NCBI RefSeq assembly: GCF_001194135.2
Contig: NC_068994.1
Coordinates: 38,634,725-38,698,724 of the forward strand
From: Octopus bimaculoides
Lineage: Eukaryota
Length of the DNA stretch: 64,000 nt
Direction of reading: 5' to 3'
A program made the translations under genes and the position numbers. The notes under the pieces were generated by a model. That model searched no databases. It saw nothing but the letters and a program-made list of their open reading frames with translations, and was not told the origin of the DNA. Of this stretch, positions 62,816 to 64,000 are shown in pieces (the stretch's first letter is position 1; every line of letters starts with the position of its first letter).

Positions 62816-64000
62816 AATATATATGGCCTTTAAATCAATACTATTATATATCTGAAACTTTTTGCTTTGACTCTCGCATTTATAACCAGCAAATTTACAA
62901 AAAAGTAAAATCCCTGTAGACCTAATTAGAAATGATTACATAGAGAAGAAAGGGCAACATCTACTAAATAGGAAATACTATTTTAAACATTCTAGGAAGC
63001 ATGTGAGGCAACTCTGTACATATTTCAGGCTTATTAGACTTTTACAGCAAATCATAGATTTTTCTTATACTTATTTTTCTTGTACAATATTGTGAGCAAG
63101 TGTGAGAAACTAGCATACTAAAAAATAAATGTATCAACCACTGTGGTTATTTACTTAGACATGCCTTCTGCATGAAAAACAGTATTTAAAAAATCATGTT
63201 AATACATTTAATGGAATGAACATTAACTGAATGCCTAATATTATTTTATTTTATTAAAATAATATGAAATCTAGCATAATGTGGTTGTTTTGTTAGAATG
63301 CTGAATACAGCAATACTGACCTTGGGAGGACTTCTCATTTGGAAGTATGGTGCATAAAAGCACACATATTTATATCATTGGCAGATGAGAATCATCTGCT
63401 ATGGACACCAGAACTGCTAGATTACTTGATTTCGACATACTGTGTCACATCAGTGACAGCCATACACCAGCCATATACAAGCCAAATCTTACTGCCAGCG
63501 ATATTTAGAATTTCAGTACCTAATATGGAATAGTAAGCTAATGTCTGAGGAAATGTTTTTCATTGCACTTATGCTGTTGTTGTTGTTGCTGCTGCTGATG
63601 ATGGTGATGAAAAAGATGGAGGAAGGTGAAGAGAATGGGGTAGGGACAGGAAAGGATGATGAGAGGTTAACCTACTCTACAGATCAGATATGCTGTTCCT
63701 TTTTTACACATTATTCAACCCTCTTTTGTAAAAGCGTGAGATCAAGTGCTCGACCCATCAGACTCACAATTGTTAGTGAGTATAATTCCTGGATTGAGCT
63801 CTGTGCTGTGTCCTTGGCAATGCACTACATTTCATATTGCTCTAGTTCACTGATCTGAAAGTGAGTTGCAGAGTGGGACCTCACAGACTACTAAACCAAA
63901 ATCTTGTAAATGCCAGATATCAATGGGCCTTGATGGCTATGGTACACTGGATTGATGGATTGGATTACTCTTTACACATTATCATTCGTCAATATGTTCA

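Noticed and set aside
63320-63420. In-frame TGA in ...ILICQ*YKYVCFY as a selenocysteine codon
   Set aside because: CxU spacing matches no selenoprotein motif I know, no SECIS identified, and the exon itself is speculative

Overview
Non-coding, AT-rich eukaryotic draft-assembly window with many N gaps and dense (TA)n/(CA)n/(TACA)n/(TAA)n/(CAT)n microsatellites. The interspersed repeats are those I associate with Octopus (most likely an O. bimaculoides-type scaffold; inferred from repeat content, not a database search). Nearly all ORFs in the supplied track are microsatellite or gap artefacts. Supportable content is mainly mobile DNA: more than 40 tRNA-derived SINE copies of several modular families; an internally deleted Gypsy element with both LTRs, PBS, PPT and 5-bp TSD (10131-11827); a probable solo LTR nested in an internally deleted mariner (23141-24220); further mariner, Tc1-like and Tigger/pogo fragments; two hAT MITEs; a TA-flanked MITE; RTE, CR1/Jockey-group and R4/Dong-like LINE fragments; and a Mutator-like foldback MITE (87-bp TIRs, degenerate 9-bp TSD) within a CpG-retaining, promoter-like zone at about 3.2-5.4 kb. 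No known protein-coding gene could be recognised. The best host-gene evidence is a 151-nt open exon with clean splice sites plus a possible terminal exon on the minus strand (58629-58905). Weaker plus-strand exon candidates lie at 5.1-5.5, 18.9-19.3 and 30.9 kb. The most notable leads are a recurring AGGGARRYAAC motif confined to the CpG-rich zones and also carried in the MITE TIRs, a TSD-flanked head-to-head tRNA-like palindrome, a degenerate Penelope-type hammerhead motif, and the orphan exons. I did not find convincing evidence of a wholly new biological system; these leads need computational testing.
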